64,000 nt of DNA from an uncultured Candidatus Sumerlaeota bacterium (GCA_964600665.1 CAZRKC010000003.1:24209-88208); one strand, 5' to 3'; shown: positions 40,790 through 53,677, counted from the stretch's first letter. Program-made: numbers and translations. Notes: a model not told the origin generated them from the letters alone.

Positions 40790-41611
40790 ATGGCGATTAA
40801 AAAATTCAAACCGACCTCGCCAGGTATCAGGACCATGACCATCTCCACCTTTGATGAGATTACCACAGACAAACCCGAAAAATCGCTGCTGGCTCCTTTG
40901 AAAAAGAAAGGTGGTCGCAATGCCCAGGGCAGACTGACGGTAAGACACCAGGGTGGCGGACATAAACGGAAATACCGCATCATCGACTTTCGCAGGGACA
41001 AAGACGGGATCCCCGCAAAAGTAGCAACCATTGAGTACGATCCCAACCGGTCTTCCCGGATTGCACTGCTTCATTATGTTGACGGGGAGAAACGGTACAT
41101 TCTGGCACCAGCCGGATTGACCGTGGGCACTATGATCATGTCCGGTGAAGAAGCAGACATCAAAGTGGGTAACGCGCTGCCCTTGAGAAACATTCCGTTA
41201 GGAAGTATCATGCATAACATCGAGGTCTATCCCGCCGGCGGTGGGAAACTGGTCCGGTCTGCAGGTACATCCGCGCAGCTGATGGCGAAAGAAGGCAAGT
41301 ATGCACAGATTCGGATGCCTTCAGGGGAAATCCGGATGATCAGTCTCGAGTGCAAAGCCACCATCGGACAAGTTGGCAACATCGATCATGAAAACATTAC
41401 CATCGGAAAAGCGGGTAAGAGTCGCTGGCTGGGGATTCGTCCCACAGTCCGGGGCGTCACCATGAACCCGGTGGATCACCCCCATGGTGGTGGTGAAGGT
41501 AAATCTCCTATCGGTCGGAACCCTGTTACACCTTGGGGCAAACCGGCGCTGGGAGCCAAGACCCGTGGCAAGAAGCGGTCTGACCGGATGATCGTGAAAC
41601 GTCGCAAGTAA
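40790..41611 (+). CDS. rplB: Ribosomal protein L2
   Basis: [36 protein letters not shown] 40790 has better RBS spacing than 40784. Confidence 0.95.
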   Translation: MAIKKFKPTSPGIRTMTISTFDEITTDKPEKSLLAPLKKKGGRNAQGRLTVRHQGGGHKRKYRIIDFRRDKDGIPAKVATIEYDPNRSSRIALLHYVDGEKRYILAPAGLTVGTMIMSGEEADIKVGNALPLRNIPLGSIMHNIEVYPAGGGKLVRSAGTSAQLMAKEGKYAQIRMPSGEIRMISLECKATIGQVGNIDHENITIGKAGKSRWLGIRPTVRGVTMNPVDHPHGGGEGKSPIGRNPVTPWGKPALGAKTRGKKRSDRMIVKRRK

Positions 41612-41647
41612 GGCAGGAATCACCCGAGGAGAAAGGAGGACTGGAAA

Positions 41648-41932
41648 ATGAGCAGATCTCTGAAAAAAGGGCCATATATCGAAGCGAGCCTTCTGAAGAA
41701 AGTTGAAGATATGGACACAAAGAAGGACAAAAAAGTCATTAAAACCTGGTCCCGGCGGTCCACCATTCTGCCGATCATGGTTGGACATACGATTGCGGTT
41801 CATGACGGAAGGAAGCACGTGCCAGTATACATCACGGAGGACATGGTGGGTCATAAGCTAGGTGAATTTGCTCCCACACGTCTTTTCCGCGGCCATGGTT
41901 CCCATACGGAAAGATCGACATCCTTGAAATAA
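41648..41932 (+). CDS. rpsS: Ribosomal protein S19
   Basis: [31 protein letters not shown]. Confidence 0.95.
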   Translation: MSRSLKKGPYIEASLLKKVEDMDTKKDKKVIKTWSRRSTILPIMVGHTIAVHDGRKHVPVYITEDMVGHKLGEFAPTRLFRGHGSHTERSTSLK

Positions 41933-41968
41933 CGGCAGGAAAGACGAGTTGGGGAGGAGGGTTAGAAT

Positions 41969-42310
41969 ATGGAAGCAAGAGCGGTAGCCAAGTATGTGCG
42001 CATCGCACCCCGCAAAGTCCGGATCGTCATGGACCTGATCCGTGGCAAAGGTGTGGACGAAGCATTAGCAATACTCAAATATACGCCCAAAGCAGCATCC
42101 GAGGTCCTGACCAAAGTGGTATCGTCAGCGGCCGCCAATGCTGAAAACAATTTTGACATGGACCGGTCCAGCCTATTCATTACCGAGGCATTTGTGGATC
42201 AGGGACCGACCCTCAAACGGGTACATCCCCGTTCACGAGGTCAGGCGTTTAAGATCCTGAAGAAGTCCAGTCATATCACGGTTGTAGTCGGGGAGAAGAA
42301 GGAGGGATAA
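41969..42310 (+). CDS. rplV: Ribosomal protein L22
   Basis: [25 protein letters not shown]. Confidence 0.95.
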   Translation: MEARAVAKYVRIAPRKVRIVMDLIRGKGVDEALAILKYTPKAASEVLTKVVSSAAANAENNFDMDRSSLFITEAFVDQGPTLKRVHPRSRGQAFKILKKSSHITVVVGEKKEG

Positions 42311-42313
42311 AGA

Positions 42314-42979
42314 GTGGGTCAAAAAATACATCCAAAGGGAATTCGCATTGGTATCATTCGCGATTGGGACGCTAAGTGGTTCGCCCCCAAAAAGGACTAT
42401 GCCAACTATCTCATCGAAGACATCAAAGTCCGCGAATATGTTAAAGAAAAACTGTTCTTGGCCGGGGTTCCCCGGGTTGAGATCGAGCGATCCGCTAACC
42501 GCCTGAAGGTCACCGTCCACACAGCAAAACCGGGTATGGTGATTGGCCGGGGCGGCACTGGTGTAGAACAATTGCGTAAAGATCTGGAAGTCATGACCGG
42601 CAAAACGGTCAACATCAATATCATGGAAATCAAGTCCCCTGAACTGGATGCACAACTGGTGTCGGAAAACATTGCGGCACAGCTGGAAAAGCGCACATCC
42701 TTCAGACGGGCGATGAAACAGGCCGTAGGCCGAACGATGAAAGCCCGGGCACAAGGAATTAAAATCATGGTTGGTGGACGATTGGGCGGCGCAGAAATTG
42801 CCCGTTCCGAATGGTATCATGAAGGTACCGTACCCCTGCAGACTTTGCGGGCGGATATTGACTACGGTTTTGCTGAAGCGAAGACCACTTACGGCAGGAT
42901 CGGCGTCAAAGTTTGGATCTACCGTGGTGAAATTCTTCCCACAGCCAAGAAAAAGGCCGCTGCGGAAGGAGGAAAATAA
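42314..42979 (+). CDS. rpsC: Ribosomal protein S3
   Basis: GTG start; [13 protein letters not shown] and KH-domain GMVIGRGG. Confidence 0.95.
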   Translation: MGQKIHPKGIRIGIIRDWDAKWFAPKKDYANYLIEDIKVREYVKEKLFLAGVPRVEIERSANRLKVTVHTAKPGMVIGRGGTGVEQLRKDLEVMTGKTVNINIMEIKSPELDAQLVSENIAAQLEKRTSFRRAMKQAVGRTMKARAQGIKIMVGGRLGGAEIARSEWYHEGTVPLQTLRADIDYGFAEAKTTYGRIGVKVWIYRGEILPTAKKKAAAEGGK

Positions 42980-42982
42980 ACG

Positions 42983-43411
42983 ATGTTGATGCCCAAACGT
43001 GTTAAACACAGAAAAGTACAGAGAGGTACCATGAAAGGCAGAGCCCATCGTGGATCCACGATTGCTTATGGGGAGTTTGCCATTCAGGCAATTGACGGTG
43101 CATGGGTCACCAGCCAGCAGATCGAGGCAGCGCGTATCGCCATGACTCGTTCGATTAAGCGGGGAGGCAAGGTATGGATCCGGATTTTCCCGGATAAGCC
43201 TGTGACCGCAAAACCGGCTGAAACCCGAATGGGGAGCGGCAAAGGTGCCCCGGAATACTGGGTCGCTGTTGTCAAACCGGGACGTATCCTGTTCGAAATG
43301 AGTGGTGTTGACGAAGAAACCGCACGTGAAGCATTACGTCTGGCTTCCCATAAGCTGCCGATCAAGACAAAATTCCTGAAACGGGAAGATATGGGTGGTG
43401 AAGCGCAGTGA
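42983..43411 (+). CDS. rplP: Ribosomal protein L16
   Basis: [15 protein letters not shown] and [12 protein letters not shown]. Confidence 0.95.
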   Translation: MLMPKRVKHRKVQRGTMKGRAHRGSTIAYGEFAIQAIDGAWVTSQQIEAARIAMTRSIKRGGKVWIRIFPDKPVTAKPAETRMGSGKGAPEYWVAVVKPGRILFEMSGVDEETAREALRLASHKLPIKTKFLKREDMGGEAQ

Positions 43412-43617
43412 AAATCACAGAAGTTCGTGATATGTCAAACAATGAGTTGAACGTAAAACTCAAGGATATGAAGGAAGAACTATTCAATCTTCGATTCCAG
43501 GCCGCAACAGGACAGCTGGAGAATCCGATGCGCATTCCCAAGGTTCGAAGAGACATTGCCCGGATCAAGACCATCATCCGGGAACGGGAAATCAAGTCGA
43601 TGGCCAAACAGGCCTAG
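43408..43617 (+). CDS. rpmC: Ribosomal protein L29
   Basis: The GTG start overlaps the rplP stop; [18 protein letters not shown]. Confidence 0.9.
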   Translation: MKITEVRDMSNNELNVKLKDMKEELFNLRFQAATGQLENPMRIPKVRRDIARIKTIIREREIKSMAKQA

Positions 43618-43659
43618 TGAAGCGGTGCACGCGGATACGCAAGAAAGGAGGCAATACGG

Positions 43660-43917
43660 GTGGAAGACAGGAACAAACGGAAACATACAACCGGGATCGT
43701 GGTCAGTGATAAGATGGACAAAACCGTCGTTATCAAGGTAGACACAAAAGTCAAACATCCTTTGTACGGGAAAGTTATGCGGGCGTCCAAAAAGTACAAA
43801 GTGCACGATGAAAACAACGAGTGCAAAGTGGGCGACGAAATCTTGGTGATGGAGACCCGGCCCTTAAGCAAAGATAAGCGGTGGAGACTGGTTGAAATCG
43901 TGAAAAAAGCCGAATAA
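43660..43917 (+). CDS. rpsQ: Ribosomal protein S17
   Basis: GTG start; [16 protein letters not shown] and [15 protein letters not shown]. Confidence 0.93.
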   Translation: MEDRNKRKHTTGIVVSDKMDKTVVIKVDTKVKHPLYGKVMRASKKYKVHDENNECKVGDEILVMETRPLSKDKRWRLVEIVKKAE

Positions 43918-43955
43918 ACATGATGGATGAGAGCTGCTGAAAGGAGGGTTATCTG

Positions 43956-44324
43956 ATGATTCAGGCCCAGACGATTCTGAATGTCGCTGACAATACCGGA
44001 GCCAAACGGTTGATGTGCATACGGGTAATGGGCGGTTCAGTCCGTAAATACGCCAATATTGGGGACATTATCATCGCTGCTGTTAAGGAAGCCACGCCCG
44101 GGGGCGTTGTAAAGAAAGGGGATGTGGTCCGTGCCGTTGTCGTACGCTCTGCAAAAGGGTTGTCCCGACCTGACGGATCCCATATTAATTTCGATGACAA
44201 TGCAGCAGTGATTATTAATGATCAGAATGCACCCCGCGGTACCCGTGTTTTCGGACCCGTGGCCCGGGAGCTCAGGGAAAAAGATTTCATGAAGATCGTT
44301 TCCTTAGCCCCGGAAGTAATCTAA
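43956..44324 (+). CDS. rplN: Ribosomal protein L14
   Basis: [22 protein letters not shown]. Confidence 0.95.
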   Translation: MIQAQTILNVADNTGAKRLMCIRVMGGSVRKYANIGDIIIAAVKEATPGGVVKKGDVVRAVVVRSAKGLSRPDGSHINFDDNAAVIINDQNAPRGTRVFGPVARELREKDFMKIVSLAPEVI

Positions 44325-44348
44325 GGGATCGAGAGGAGGTTAGGAAAC

Positions 44349-44684
44349 GTGACCCAGAAAAAATTGCATGTGAAATCAGGAGATACGGTTGTTGTCATCT
44401 CTGGCAAGGATAAAGACAGAGTCAAAAAGCGGAAAGTACTGTCTGCGATACCCAAAGAAGGTCGCGTCATTGTTGAAGGGGTCAATATGGTCAAACGCCA
44501 TACCAAACCGACTCAAAAAGTGATGCAGGGTGGTATCATCTCCAAGGAATCCCCCATTGCTGCCTCCAATGTGATGTTGGTCTGCAGTCGCTGCGGGAAA
44601 CCGACCCGAACCGGCAAGAAGACCCTGGAGAACGGAAAGTCCGTTCGCTACTGCAAGAAATGCGGTGAAATCACCGACAAGTAA
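44349..44684 (+). CDS. rplX: Ribosomal protein L24 carrying a Cys4 zinc-ribbon-like C-terminal region
   Basis: GTG start; KOW region [16 protein letters not shown]; CSRC (79-82) and CKKC (102-105). Confidence 0.93.
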   Translation: MTQKKLHVKSGDTVVVISGKDKDRVKKRKVLSAIPKEGRVIVEGVNMVKRHTKPTQKVMQGGIISKESPIAASNVMLVCSRCGKPTRTGKKTLENGKSVRYCKKCGEITDK

Positions 44685-44706
44685 GTTTCCGAAAGGAGGT
44701 AGGATC

Positions 44707-45252
44707 GTGAACAGGCTGAAAGAGAAGTATGCAAACGAAGTGGTTCCTGCATTGATGCAGAAATTCAATTATAAAAACCAGATGGAAGTACCGAAGCTGG
44801 AAAAAATCGTGGTCAACATGGGCGTCGGCGCAGCGATTCAGGAAGCAAAAGCCCTGGATTCTGCCGTCAAAGACCTGGCTGCAATCACTGGGCAAAAACC
44901 GGTGATCACGAAAGCCAAGAAGTCCATTGCGAACTTTAAGCTCCGCCAGGGTATGTCCATCGGTTGCAAGGTTACCCTTCGCGGCCAGCGGATGTATGAG
45001 TTCCTGGATCGTCTGGTTAGCGTTTCACTCCCAAGAGTCCGCGATTTTCGGGGAATATCCTCAAAAGCTTTTGATGGCCGGGGCAATTTTACATTGGGCA
45101 TCAAAGATCAGTTGATCTTTCCCGAGATCGAATATGACAAAGTGGAACGTGTCCAGGGTATGGATGTGGTGATCGTAACCACGGCCAAAACGGACGAAGA
45201 ATCGAAAGAATTCCTGCGTCTGATGGGAATGCCTTTCAAAGAGCAGGATTAA
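44707..45252 (+). CDS. rplE: Ribosomal protein L5
   Basis: GTG 44707 behind AAAGGAGG gives (M)NRLKEKY, the canonical L5 start. Confidence 0.95.
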   Translation: MNRLKEKYANEVVPALMQKFNYKNQMEVPKLEKIVVNMGVGAAIQEAKALDSAVKDLAAITGQKPVITKAKKSIANFKLRQGMSIGCKVTLRGQRMYEFLDRLVSVSLPRVRDFRGISSKAFDGRGNFTLGIKDQLIFPEIEYDKVERVQGMDVVIVTTAKTDEESKEFLRLMGMPFKEQD

Positions 45253-45283
45253 TCGACAATTCCACGGAGGAGGGATAAGATAC

Positions 45284-45469
45284 ATGGCCAGAAAAGGACT
45301 GCTGGAAACCTGGTCCAAGGACCCGAAGTTCAAAGTCCGGTTTCACAACCGGTGTCGGATATGCGGTCGTCCTCATGCATATCTCCGGAAATTCGGAATG
45401 TGCAGAATATGTTTCCGTGAATATGCGCACAAGGGAGAAATTCCCGGAGTGACAAAATCGAGCTGGTAA
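45284..45469 (+). CDS. rpsN: Ribosomal protein S14, type Z (zinc-binding)
   Basis: 61 aa with CRICGRPH...CRICFRE. Confidence 0.95.
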   Translation: MARKGLLETWSKDPKFKVRFHNRCRICGRPHAYLRKFGMCRICFREYAHKGEIPGVTKSSW

Positions 45470-45499
45470 GGAAAATACCGAGGAAGGGGGGATCTTGCG

Positions 45500-45898
45500 A
45501 TGGTTATGACAGATCCTATCGCTGATATGCTTACTAGACTGAGAAATGCTAACATGGTAAGACATGAGCAGGTCGAAGTCCCGGCTTCTAACATGAAGAA
45601 AGCTGTTTTGGATATTCTCAAACACGAAGGGTTCATTCACACCTATGAGTATATTGAGGATGGAAAACAAGGCATCTTGAAGGTCCGTTTGAAATACGGT
45701 CCGGATCGGGAAAAAGTTATCACAGGGTTGAAACGGATCAGTAAACCTGGTCTGCGGGTATATGCCAAACGGGATGAGATTCCGCGAGTCCTGGGTGGTT
45801 TGGGCGTTGCTGTGTTGTCCACATCCAAAGGAATTATGACAGACAAACAGGCGCGCAAAGACGGTGTCGGTGGAGAAGTAATCTGCTATGTCTGGTAG
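45500..45898 (+). CDS. rpsH: Ribosomal protein S8
   Basis: [20 protein letters not shown]. Confidence 0.95.
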   Translation: MVMTDPIADMLTRLRNANMVRHEQVEVPASNMKKAVLDILKHEGFIHTYEYIEDGKQGILKVRLKYGPDREKVITGLKRISKPGLRVYAKRDEIPRVLGGLGVAVLSTSKGIMTDKQARKDGVGGEVICYVW

Positions 45899-45912
45899 AA
45901 GGAGGTGCTGAA

Positions 45913-46449
45913 ATGTCACGAATCGGCAGAAAACCAATAGACATCCCGGAAGGGGTTAATGTCACAATCGATAACGGTTTGGTCAAAGTTACCGGCCCCA
46001 AAGGGGAGTTGGAACGGACCATCAACCGAGAAATTCAGGCCGCCATCGAAGGCAGCCAGATCCTGGTTCAGCGTCCTTCTGAAGCGAAAAGGCACAAAGC
46101 GCTTCACGGACTGACGCGTACACTGATCGCCAATATGGTGGAAGGCGTGACCCAGGGTTTCAGCAAGACCTTAGTACTCTCCGGAGTTGGCTATCGTGCC
46201 AACAAGCAAGGCACCAAGCTCGTGCTGTCCGTTGGGTACTCAAAACCTGTGGAAATCGAAGAACCCAAGGGGATTGAGTTTGAAGTCACAAACCCCATCA
46301 CCATCGTGGTTAAAGGAATCAACAAAGAATTGGTGGGTGAAACCGCCGCGTTCATCCGAAGCACTCGAGACCCGGATCCGTATCGTGAAAAGGGTGTCAA
46401 GTACTTGGGTGAAGTGATCCTTCGCAAGGCAGGCAAGACTGGAAAATAG
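45913..46449 (+). CDS. rplF: Ribosomal protein L6
   Basis: [15 protein letters not shown]. Confidence 0.95.
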   Translation: MSRIGRKPIDIPEGVNVTIDNGLVKVTGPKGELERTINREIQAAIEGSQILVQRPSEAKRHKALHGLTRTLIANMVEGVTQGFSKTLVLSGVGYRANKQGTKLVLSVGYSKPVEIEEPKGIEFEVTNPITIVVKGINKELVGETAAFIRSTRDPDPYREKGVKYLGEVILRKAGKTGK

Positions 46450-46487
46450 TCGCTCTGCAGCGTAAACAAGGAAAGAGGTGAGTCTGG

Positions 46488-46856
46488 ATGCTCAAGAAAG
46501 CAGATAAAGAAATTGCCCGAAAAATCAGGCACAAGCGTGTAAGAGCCAAGGTTTCAGGTACAGGAGAACGGCCGAGACTGAGTGTTTTCCGCAGCAGTAA
46601 ACATATTTATGCGCAGATCGTTGATGATCTGGCCGGCAAGACATTGGTTGCTGCATCGACACTGGAAAAGGAATTGGCCGATAAATTGGATTCCACCTCA
46701 GACTCCGCAGCCGCAAAAGCAGTGGGAGAACTTCTGGGACAAAAGGCGCTAGCCAAAGGCATCCAAAAGGTGGTTTTTGACCGGGGTGGTTATGTTTACC
46801 ACGGTCGGGTAGCAGCTCTGGCAGAAGGAGCCCGGGAAGCAGGCCTGGAGTTTTGA
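46488..46856 (+). CDS. rplR: Ribosomal protein L18
   Basis: [30 protein letters not shown]. Confidence 0.95.
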   Translation: MLKKADKEIARKIRHKRVRAKVSGTGERPRLSVFRSSKHIYAQIVDDLAGKTLVAASTLEKELADKLDSTSDSAAAKAVGELLGQKALAKGIQKVVFDRGGYVYHGRVAALAEGAREAGLEF

Positions 46857-46893
46857 TCATGATCGGGATACGGCTGGAAAAGGAGGGGAAATC

Positions 46894-47394
46894 ATGAAGA
46901 GAATCGATCCGAGCCAACTGGAACTCACCGAACGTGTGGTGACTGTGAACAGGGTGGCGAAGGTTGTTAAAGGGGGTCGCCGGTTTAGCTTCAGTGCGCT
47001 GGTCGTCGTAGGTGACGGACAGGGTCATGTGGGTGCTGGACTGGGAAAGGCACAAGAAGTGCCTGAGGCCATCCGCAAAGGTGTGCAAGACGCAAAGAAA
47101 AACCTGATCAAAGTACCCATGACCGGAACGACGATTCCCCATGGTATCATCGGGGAGTACGGAGCTGGCAGCGTGCTCTTAAAACCGGCATCCGAAGGGA
47201 CCGGTGTTATCGCAGGCGGTCCGGTGCGGGCAGTTCTGGAATCCGCAGGGGTTCGAGATGTGCTGACCAAATCATTAGGATCATCCAATGCCAACAATAT
47301 GGTTCATGCGACCATGGACGCATTGAAGAAAATCAAGCGGGTGGAAGATGTCGCCAGACTCCGCGGTCGCACCGTTCAAGATTTGTTGGGTTAG
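46894..47394 (+). CDS. rpsE: Ribosomal protein S5
   Basis: [27 protein letters not shown]. Confidence 0.95.
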   Translation: MKRIDPSQLELTERVVTVNRVAKVVKGGRRFSFSALVVVGDGQGHVGAGLGKAQEVPEAIRKGVQDAKKNLIKVPMTGTTIPHGIIGEYGAGSVLLKPASEGTGVIAGGPVRAVLESAGVRDVLTKSLGSSNANNMVHATMDALKKIKRVEDVARLRGRTVQDLLG

Positions 47395-47406
47395 GAGGGA
47401 CTACAC

Positions 47407-47595
47407 ATGGCAACGAAACTTAAAATCACGTTGGTCCGAAGTTTGATCGGCCGACCGGAGAAACAACGTAAGATCGTAAAAGCACTGGGTTTTTCCAAGA
47501 CCAACCAGACTGTTGAGCGGGACAATTCCCCCGTGATTCAAGGTATGGTGAGAAAAATCAGCCATTTGCTGGCTGTTGAAGAAGTCGAAGTATAA
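47407..47595 (+). CDS. rpmD: Ribosomal protein L30
   Basis: 62 aa (KITLVRSLIGRPEKQRKIVKALG). Confidence 0.93.
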   Translation: MATKLKITLVRSLIGRPEKQRKIVKALGFSKTNQTVERDNSPVIQGMVRKISHLLAVEEVEV

Positions 47596-47634
47596 CCAGA
47601 GATGATATTATTCGCAATGAAGGAGGTGCTGTAG

Positions 47635-48078
47635 ATGAAGCTGCACGAGTTAGCGCCTGCACCAGGAGCAAGAAGACCTAACAAGCGGGTCGGCCGAGGA
47701 TTGGGATCCGGTCTGGGTAAGACTTCCGGGCGTGGTCACAAGGGTCAGAAATCCCGATCCGGTGGTGGTGTTCGTCTTGGCTTTGAAGGTGGACAGATGC
47801 CGATTCAAAGAAGACTCCCGAAACGAGGATTCAGCAATTACCCGTTCAAGAAAGAATACGCTGAGATCAATGTGGAAACACTCAATCGGTTCGATCAGGA
47901 AACGGTCGTTACACCCGAATTGCTGAAAAAGGCCGGGATCGTAAAAGATATGAAGGACGGTTTGAAGATATTAGCTCGCGGGGAATTAGAAAAACCCATG
48001 ACCGTCCATGCGCATAAGTTCAGTAAAGCAGCCGTGGAGAAGATCGAAGCGGCCGGTGGAAAAGCAGAGGTGATTTGA
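47635..48078 (+). CDS. rplO: Ribosomal protein L15
   Basis: [39 protein letters not shown]. Confidence 0.95.
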   Translation: MKLHELAPAPGARRPNKRVGRGLGSGLGKTSGRGHKGQKSRSGGGVRLGFEGGQMPIQRRLPKRGFSNYPFKKEYAEINVETLNRFDQETVVTPELLKKAGIVKDMKDGLKILARGELEKPMTVHAHKFSKAAVEKIEAAGGKAEVI

Positions 48079-48079
48079 T

Positions 48080-49339
48080 TTGTTCGATGCCGTTCGCAAT
48101 ATCTGGAAGATACCTGATTTAAGAAAACGATTTATCTTCACACTGGTCATGTTTCTTGTTTTCCGGATAGGTACCCATATCCCGGTACCGGGCATTGATG
48201 TCTCGAAGATCGAAGGCCTATTCCAGGGTGGGACCGTGTTTGGTTTTCTGGATCTCTTCTCCGGTGGTGCTTTGAGCAGACTATCATTGTTTGCCCTGAA
48301 CATTTACCCGTACATCACCGCCACCATCGTCATGCAGCTTTTGACCATCATTGTTCCGAAGCTGGAGGAGATGGCAAAAGAAGGCGGGGAAGAAGGCAAG
48401 AAAAAGTTGACCCAGTACTCCCGCTATGGTACCGTCTTTTTGGCGCTGATCCAAGCGGTGGCACTGACTTTCACACTGAAAAGCGCTGTGATCGACTGGG
48501 GTTGGTACTCTGGTATCGTGATTACTGTCTCATTGATCACGGGTACCGTTTTTCTGATGTGGCTTGGTGAGCAGATCACCGAACGGGGAATTGGTAATGG
48601 AATATCCCTGATCATATTCGCCGGGATCGTATCCCGATTGCCGGCAGGGGCAGTCAATCTGGTCCAGTATGTCCGGGTTGGTTCCATCAACATTTTCAAC
48701 CTGATCGTACTCTTCGTCGTCGGTGCTTTCATTATCGCCGGTGTCATCTGGGTACAGGAAGGGTCCCGGAAAATTCCAGTCCAGTATGCGAAACGGGTTG
48801 TCGGCCGGAAAGTTTACGGTGGCCAGAGCACTCATATCCCCATGAAAGTCAATCAAGCAGGGGTGATACCGGTCATATTCGCGTCGTCACTGTTGGTGTT
48901 TCCGTTGACGATTGCGCGGTTGATCAACAACTCATTTATCCAGAACATCGCCAAGTACTTGGAATTTGGAACACCGGTGAATACGGTGATGTATGTCAGT
49001 TTGATCATATTTTTCACCTATTTCTATACCGCCATCACGTTCAATCCGATTGAGGTGGCGAACAATCTGAAGAAGTACGGTGGATTTATTCCCGGGATCC
49101 GTCCGGGCCGTCCGACCTCAGATTACTTAAACCGAATCCTGACCCGGATCACGTTGGCCGGGGCGCTGTTTCTGGCATTTGTGGCAGTCATGCCTGACTT
49201 GGTGGTTCGCGTTACCGGCATTCCCGGGATCACATTTGGTGGCACCAGCCTCCTGATCGTGGTATCCGTTGTGCTGGAGACCATGCGTCAAATCGAATCC
49301 CAGATGCTGATGCGGCATTACAAAGGGTTCATGAAATAA
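48080..49339 (+). CDS. secY: Preprotein translocase subunit SecY
   Basis: TTG start, 419 aa, 10 TM segments; IPDLRKRFIFTL and GISLIIFAGI motifs. Confidence 0.95.
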   Translation: MFDAVRNIWKIPDLRKRFIFTLVMFLVFRIGTHIPVPGIDVSKIEGLFQGGTVFGFLDLFSGGALSRLSLFALNIYPYITATIVMQLLTIIVPKLEEMAKEGGEEGKKKLTQYSRYGTVFLALIQAVALTFTLKSAVIDWGWYSGIVITVSLITGTVFLMWLGEQITERGIGNGISLIIFAGIVSRLPAGAVNLVQYVRVGSINIFNLIVLFVVGAFIIAGVIWVQEGSRKIPVQYAKRVVGRKVYGGQSTHIPMKVNQAGVIPVIFASSLLVFPLTIARLINNSFIQNIAKYLEFGTPVNTVMYVSLIIFFTYFYTAITFNPIEVANNLKKYGGFIPGIRPGRPTSDYLNRILTRITLAGALFLAFVAVMPDLVVRVTGIPGITFGGTSLLIVVSVVLETMRQIESQMLMRHYKGFMK

Positions 49340-49999
<660 letters not shown>

Positions 50000-50005
50000 A
50001 TCGAT

Positions 50006-50752
50006 TTGATCATTCTTAAATCCAGACAGGAACTGGAGTGCATGGCAAAAGCCGGCAGGCTGGTGGCAGAGGCCATCTTCGCACTGAGACAGTCTGTCAA
50101 ACCGGGTGTGACCACCGGGCAACTGGATAAGGTTGCTGAAAAAGTGATCCGGGCTGGAGGCGGACTACCTGCCTTCAAAGGATACCATGGTTTTCCGGCC
50201 AGCATTTGCACCTCCGTCAATAGTGAAGTGGTGCACGGCATCCCCGGCCTTCGAGTTTTGAACGAAGGGGATATCGTCAGCATCGATATTGGAACCATCG
50301 TTGATGGATTCTATGGAGATGCAGCCGTCACGATTGCGGTGGGCACGATTACCGAAGCAGCCCAACGGCTCCTGACCGTTACTGAAGAGTCATTGATGGC
50401 CGGAATTGCACAAGCAAGACCGGGGTCCCGATTGACGGACATTTCTCACGCAGTCCAGTCTCATGTGGAAAGTCATGGTTTTTCAGTGGTTCGGGATTAT
50501 GTCGGGCACGGCATTGGCCGAGACATGCACGAGGATCCGCAGATACCGAATTATGGGCCGCCTGGGCGGGGACCGCGCCTTGAAGAAGGCATGGTACTGG
50601 CAATCGAGCCAATGGTCAACGCAGGAGGCTACCGAGTGGAGACGCTGCAGGATAACTGGACAGTCGTCACAGCAGATCAGAGTCTTTCCGCTCACTTTGA
50701 GCATACTATCGCAGTGACAAAAGACGGACCGTTAATACTGACATGTCTGTAG
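50006..50752 (+). CDS. map: Type I methionine aminopeptidase
   Basis: TTG start; HGIP, DIG..VDGFYGD, GHGIG and EPM metal-ligand motifs. Confidence 0.93.
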   Translation: MIILKSRQELECMAKAGRLVAEAIFALRQSVKPGVTTGQLDKVAEKVIRAGGGLPAFKGYHGFPASICTSVNSEVVHGIPGLRVLNEGDIVSIDIGTIVDGFYGDAAVTIAVGTITEAAQRLLTVTEESLMAGIAQARPGSRLTDISHAVQSHVESHGFSVVRDYVGHGIGRDMHEDPQIPNYGPPGRGPRLEEGMVLAIEPMVNAGGYRVETLQDNWTVVTADQSLSAHFEHTIAVTKDGPLILTCL

Positions 50753-50822
50753 CCTCATATCAGGATGATATCCTGATCAACACATTGGTTCCCGTTCAGT
50801 GAGAGGAGGTCGAAAGAATCCG

Positions 50823-51041
50823 ATGCCTAAAGAAGATACCATCGAAGTGGAAGGTACTGTCATCGAGCCGTTACCAAATGCCATGTTCCGAGTGGAGCTG
50901 GCCAATGGGCATAAGATCCTGGCTCACGTATCCGGAAAGATCCGCATGAATTTTATACGGATCCTCCCCGGGGACAAAGTTACGGTTGAATTGTCACCCT
51001 ATGACTTGTCCAGAGGAAGGATCATTTATCGCTTCAAATAG
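50823..51041 (+). CDS. infA: Translation initiation factor IF-1
   Basis: [29 protein letters not shown] 50823 follows GAGAGGAGG. Confidence 0.95.
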   Translation: MPKEDTIEVEGTVIEPLPNAMFRVELANGHKILAHVSGKIRMNFIRILPGDKVTVELSPYDLSRGRIIYRFK

Positions 51042-51061
51042 AAGGCGAAGGGGGAATTACC

Positions 51062-51175
51062 ATGAAAGTCAGAGCGTCTGTCAAAGCGATCTGTGAAAAG
51101 TGCAAAGTGATCAAGCGCAAAGGCGCCGTGATGGTGATTTGCGAAAATCCTAAGCATAAACAGAAACAAGGCTGA
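51062..51175 (+). CDS. rpmJ: Ribosomal protein L36 (zinc form)
   Basis: Hand-translated 37 aa: [37 protein letters not shown]. It is below the ORF-track cutoff. Confidence 0.93.
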   Translation: MKVRASVKAICEKCKVIKRKGAVMVICENPKHKQKQG

Positions 51176-51205
51176 AAACAATTTTTAAGTGGGAGGTGTC
51201 AATAG

Positions 51206-51577
51206 ATGGCACGTATTGCGGGTGTGGATTTACCCAGAGAGAAGCGAGCTGAAATTGCCTTGACATATATCTATGGTATTGGCCGCTCGACTTCCAATGA
51301 GATCCTGGCGAAAACCGGTATCAATCCAGATACCCGGGTCCGGGATCTGACTGAAGAGGAAGTCAATAAACTGAGGGACACCATCGACAAGAATTATCGG
51401 GTCGAAGGTGACCTGCAACGAGAAGTGCAGCTGAACATCAAACGACTGATCGAAATCGGCTGCTACCGTGGCATCCGTCACCGCCGGGGATTGCCTGTGC
51501 GGGGACAAAACACAAAGACCAATGCTCGAACCCGTAAAGGGCCGAAGCGGACCGTCGGTGTGAGGAGAAAGAAATAG
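51206..51577 (+). CDS. rpsM: Ribosomal protein S13
   Basis: [14 protein letters not shown] and [16 protein letters not shown]. Confidence 0.95.
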   Translation: MARIAGVDLPREKRAEIALTYIYGIGRSTSNEILAKTGINPDTRVRDLTEEEVNKLRDTIDKNYRVEGDLQREVQLNIKRLIEIGCYRGIRHRRGLPVRGQNTKTNARTRKGPKRTVGVRRKK

Positions 51578-51595
51578 TAAAGGAGGGAAACCTGT

Positions 51596-51985
51596 ATGGC
51601 AAAACGTACCGCCCGACCCAAACGTAAAGAACGTAAAAATGTGGATAAGGGGGTCGCCCATATTCAATCCACATTCAATAATACCATCATCACGATCGCT
51701 GATTTGCGAGGCAATGTAATCTCCTGGTCCACGGCCGGCAATGTCGGCTTCAAAGGATCACGAAAAAGCACGCCATTTGCTGCACAGATGGCTGCTGAGG
51801 AAGCAGCTAAGGTCGCGATGGACCAAGGGATGAAGGAAATTGAAGTGTTTGTCAAAGGACCTGGGTCAGGCCGGGAGGCGGCCATTCGTGCGCTTCAGGC
51901 TGCCGGTCTGGAGGTCAACATGATCAAGGACGTGACACCGATTCCTCACAATGGGTGTCGTCCACCTAAACGACGAAGAGTGTAA
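51596..51985 (+). CDS. rpsK: Ribosomal protein S11
   Basis: [16 protein letters not shown] and [18 protein letters not shown]. Confidence 0.95.
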   Translation: MAKRTARPKRKERKNVDKGVAHIQSTFNNTIITIADLRGNVISWSTAGNVGFKGSRKSTPFAAQMAAEEAAKVAMDQGMKEIEVFVKGPGSGREAAIRALQAAGLEVNMIKDVTPIPHNGCRPPKRRRV

Positions 51986-52006
51986 CTTAGGAGGTGCAAA
52001 TCAATT

Positions 52007-52636
52007 ATGGCCAGATACACAGGGCCGGTTTGCCGGTTGTGCCGGCGTGAAGGGATCAAGCTATATCTGAAAGGTGAACGTTGCTACTCAGATAAGTGCG
52101 CCATGGAAAAGCGGGCATTTGCTCCCGGACAGCACGGACAGGCCAGAAGCCGCAAACCGTCTGAATACAGCATCCGACTGCGGGAAAAGCAGAAACTTCG
52201 CCGATACTACGGCGTGCTCGAAAAACAATTTGCCAGTTATTTTGAAGACGCAGCCAGACAGAGAGGAATCACCGGGGAAAACCTGTTGCAGATTCTCGAA
52301 AGCCGCCTGGATAATGTGGTCTTCCGAATGGGTTTTGCCAACTCCCGTGCTGAAGCCAGGCAGTTGGTCAAACATAACCACTATGAAGTGAATGGCAAGC
52401 GCGTCAACATCCCGTCTTATCTGACGAAAGCCGGCGACATGGTCGCTGTCCGGAGTAAAAGCCGAAGCTCGGATAAGTTCAAAGAACTGTCTGAAACCAG
52501 TTCCCAGAAAGGGTTGCCAGCCTGGGTTGAATCCAATCTAGAAACCATGGAAGGGCGGATCGTGCGATTGCCGCTGCGGGAAGAGATCGATGTTCCTGTA
52601 GATGAGCACTTGATCGTCGAACTGTACTCCCGTTAA
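52007..52636 (+). CDS. rpsD: Ribosomal protein S4 (zinc-finger form)
   Basis: [16 protein letters not shown]...CYSDKC, plus an S4 RNA-binding domain. Confidence 0.95.
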   Translation: MARYTGPVCRLCRREGIKLYLKGERCYSDKCAMEKRAFAPGQHGQARSRKPSEYSIRLREKQKLRRYYGVLEKQFASYFEDAARQRGITGENLLQILESRLDNVVFRMGFANSRAEARQLVKHNHYEVNGKRVNIPSYLTKAGDMVAVRSKSRSSDKFKELSETSSQKGLPAWVESNLETMEGRIVRLPLREEIDVPVDEHLIVELYSR

Positions 52637-52707
52637 TCGGCACCCAGTTTAATTGCACCCTCACCATATCAATGGATCATGGGGCATAAGGAAAAAAGGG
52701 GGGCTAA

Positions 52708-53658
52708 ATGATGATTGAAATCGAAAAACCCGTCATCGATTGTATCGAGATGGACGATGATGGCACATACGGTAAATTTGTGTTGGAACCCCTGGAAAGA
52801 GGGTTTGGTATGACAATCGGAAATTCCCTGCGCCGCGTGTTGTTGTCTTCATTACCGGGTGCAGCGGTGACTTCCGTCAAAATCGAGGGCGTTTTGCATG
52901 AGTTTTCCACCATTCCCGGAGTCGTGGAAGATACCACCGACATTATTCTGAATCTGAAGTCGCTGCGGTTTAAGATGCATACGGATGAGCCGATGACGTT
53001 GCGTCTCCATGTGAAGGGTGAAAAGGATGTCAAAGCAGTGGATATCAGTTTGAACAGCGATATCGATATTTTGAATCCCGATCAACACATTGCAACCCTC
53101 GACAGTATGGCAGAACTTGAAATGGAATTGACGGTGGCCAAAGGACGCGGTTATGTAGCCGCAGACAAAAACAAGCGCCCCGATCAAAGCATCGGCGTGA
53201 TTCCGGTGGACTCCATATTTACCCCGATCCAACGGGTCAACTATCATGTCGAAGATACCCGGGTCGGCCAGGTGACTGACTATGATAAACTCACCCTGGA
53301 AGTTTGGACAGACGGGAGTATCTCACCCGTGGAAGCAACCAGCCTGGGTGCAAAAATCTTGAATGAGCATTTGGCTCTCTTTATGGGACTGAACACCGAA
53401 ACCGATACCGTGCAGATCATGGTGGAGAAAGAAGAAAATGCCAAAGAGAAGGCTCTGGAAACACCCATTGAAGAATTGGACTTCTCCGTCCGCTCATATA
53501 ACTGCCTGAAACGGGCAGGGATCCATACTGTTGCGGAACTGGCTGACAAGACTGAAGCTGAAATGATGAAAGTTCGTAATCTAGGGAGAAAATCCTTAGA
53601 AGAAGTTAAACTTAAGCTGGCCGCTCAGGGTTTATCCCTGAGAGAATCAGAAGAGTAA
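52708..53658 (+). CDS. rpoA: DNA-directed RNA polymerase alpha subunit
   Basis: [25 protein letters not shown]; C-terminal domain [16 protein letters not shown]. Confidence 0.95.
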   Translation: MMIEIEKPVIDCIEMDDDGTYGKFVLEPLERGFGMTIGNSLRRVLLSSLPGAAVTSVKIEGVLHEFSTIPGVVEDTTDIILNLKSLRFKMHTDEPMTLRLHVKGEKDVKAVDISLNSDIDILNPDQHIATLDSMAELEMELTVAKGRGYVAADKNKRPDQSIGVIPVDSIFTPIQRVNYHVEDTRVGQVTDYDKLTLEVWTDGSISPVEATSLGAKILNEHLALFMGLNTETDTVQIMVEKEENAKEKALETPIEELDFSVRSYNCLKRAGIHTVAELADKTEAEMMKVRNLGRKSLEEVKLKLAAQGLSLRESEE

Positions 53659-53677
53659 AAGAGGAGGGGAACCGGTC

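Noticed and set aside
42233-43048. 271-aa and 233-aa antisense ORFs spanning several ribosomal protein genes (42233-43048 and 45236-45937).
   Set aside because: Same reasoning as for the rpoB/rpoC antisense ORFs. They cross multiple gene boundaries of the conserved spc cluster on the opposite strand.
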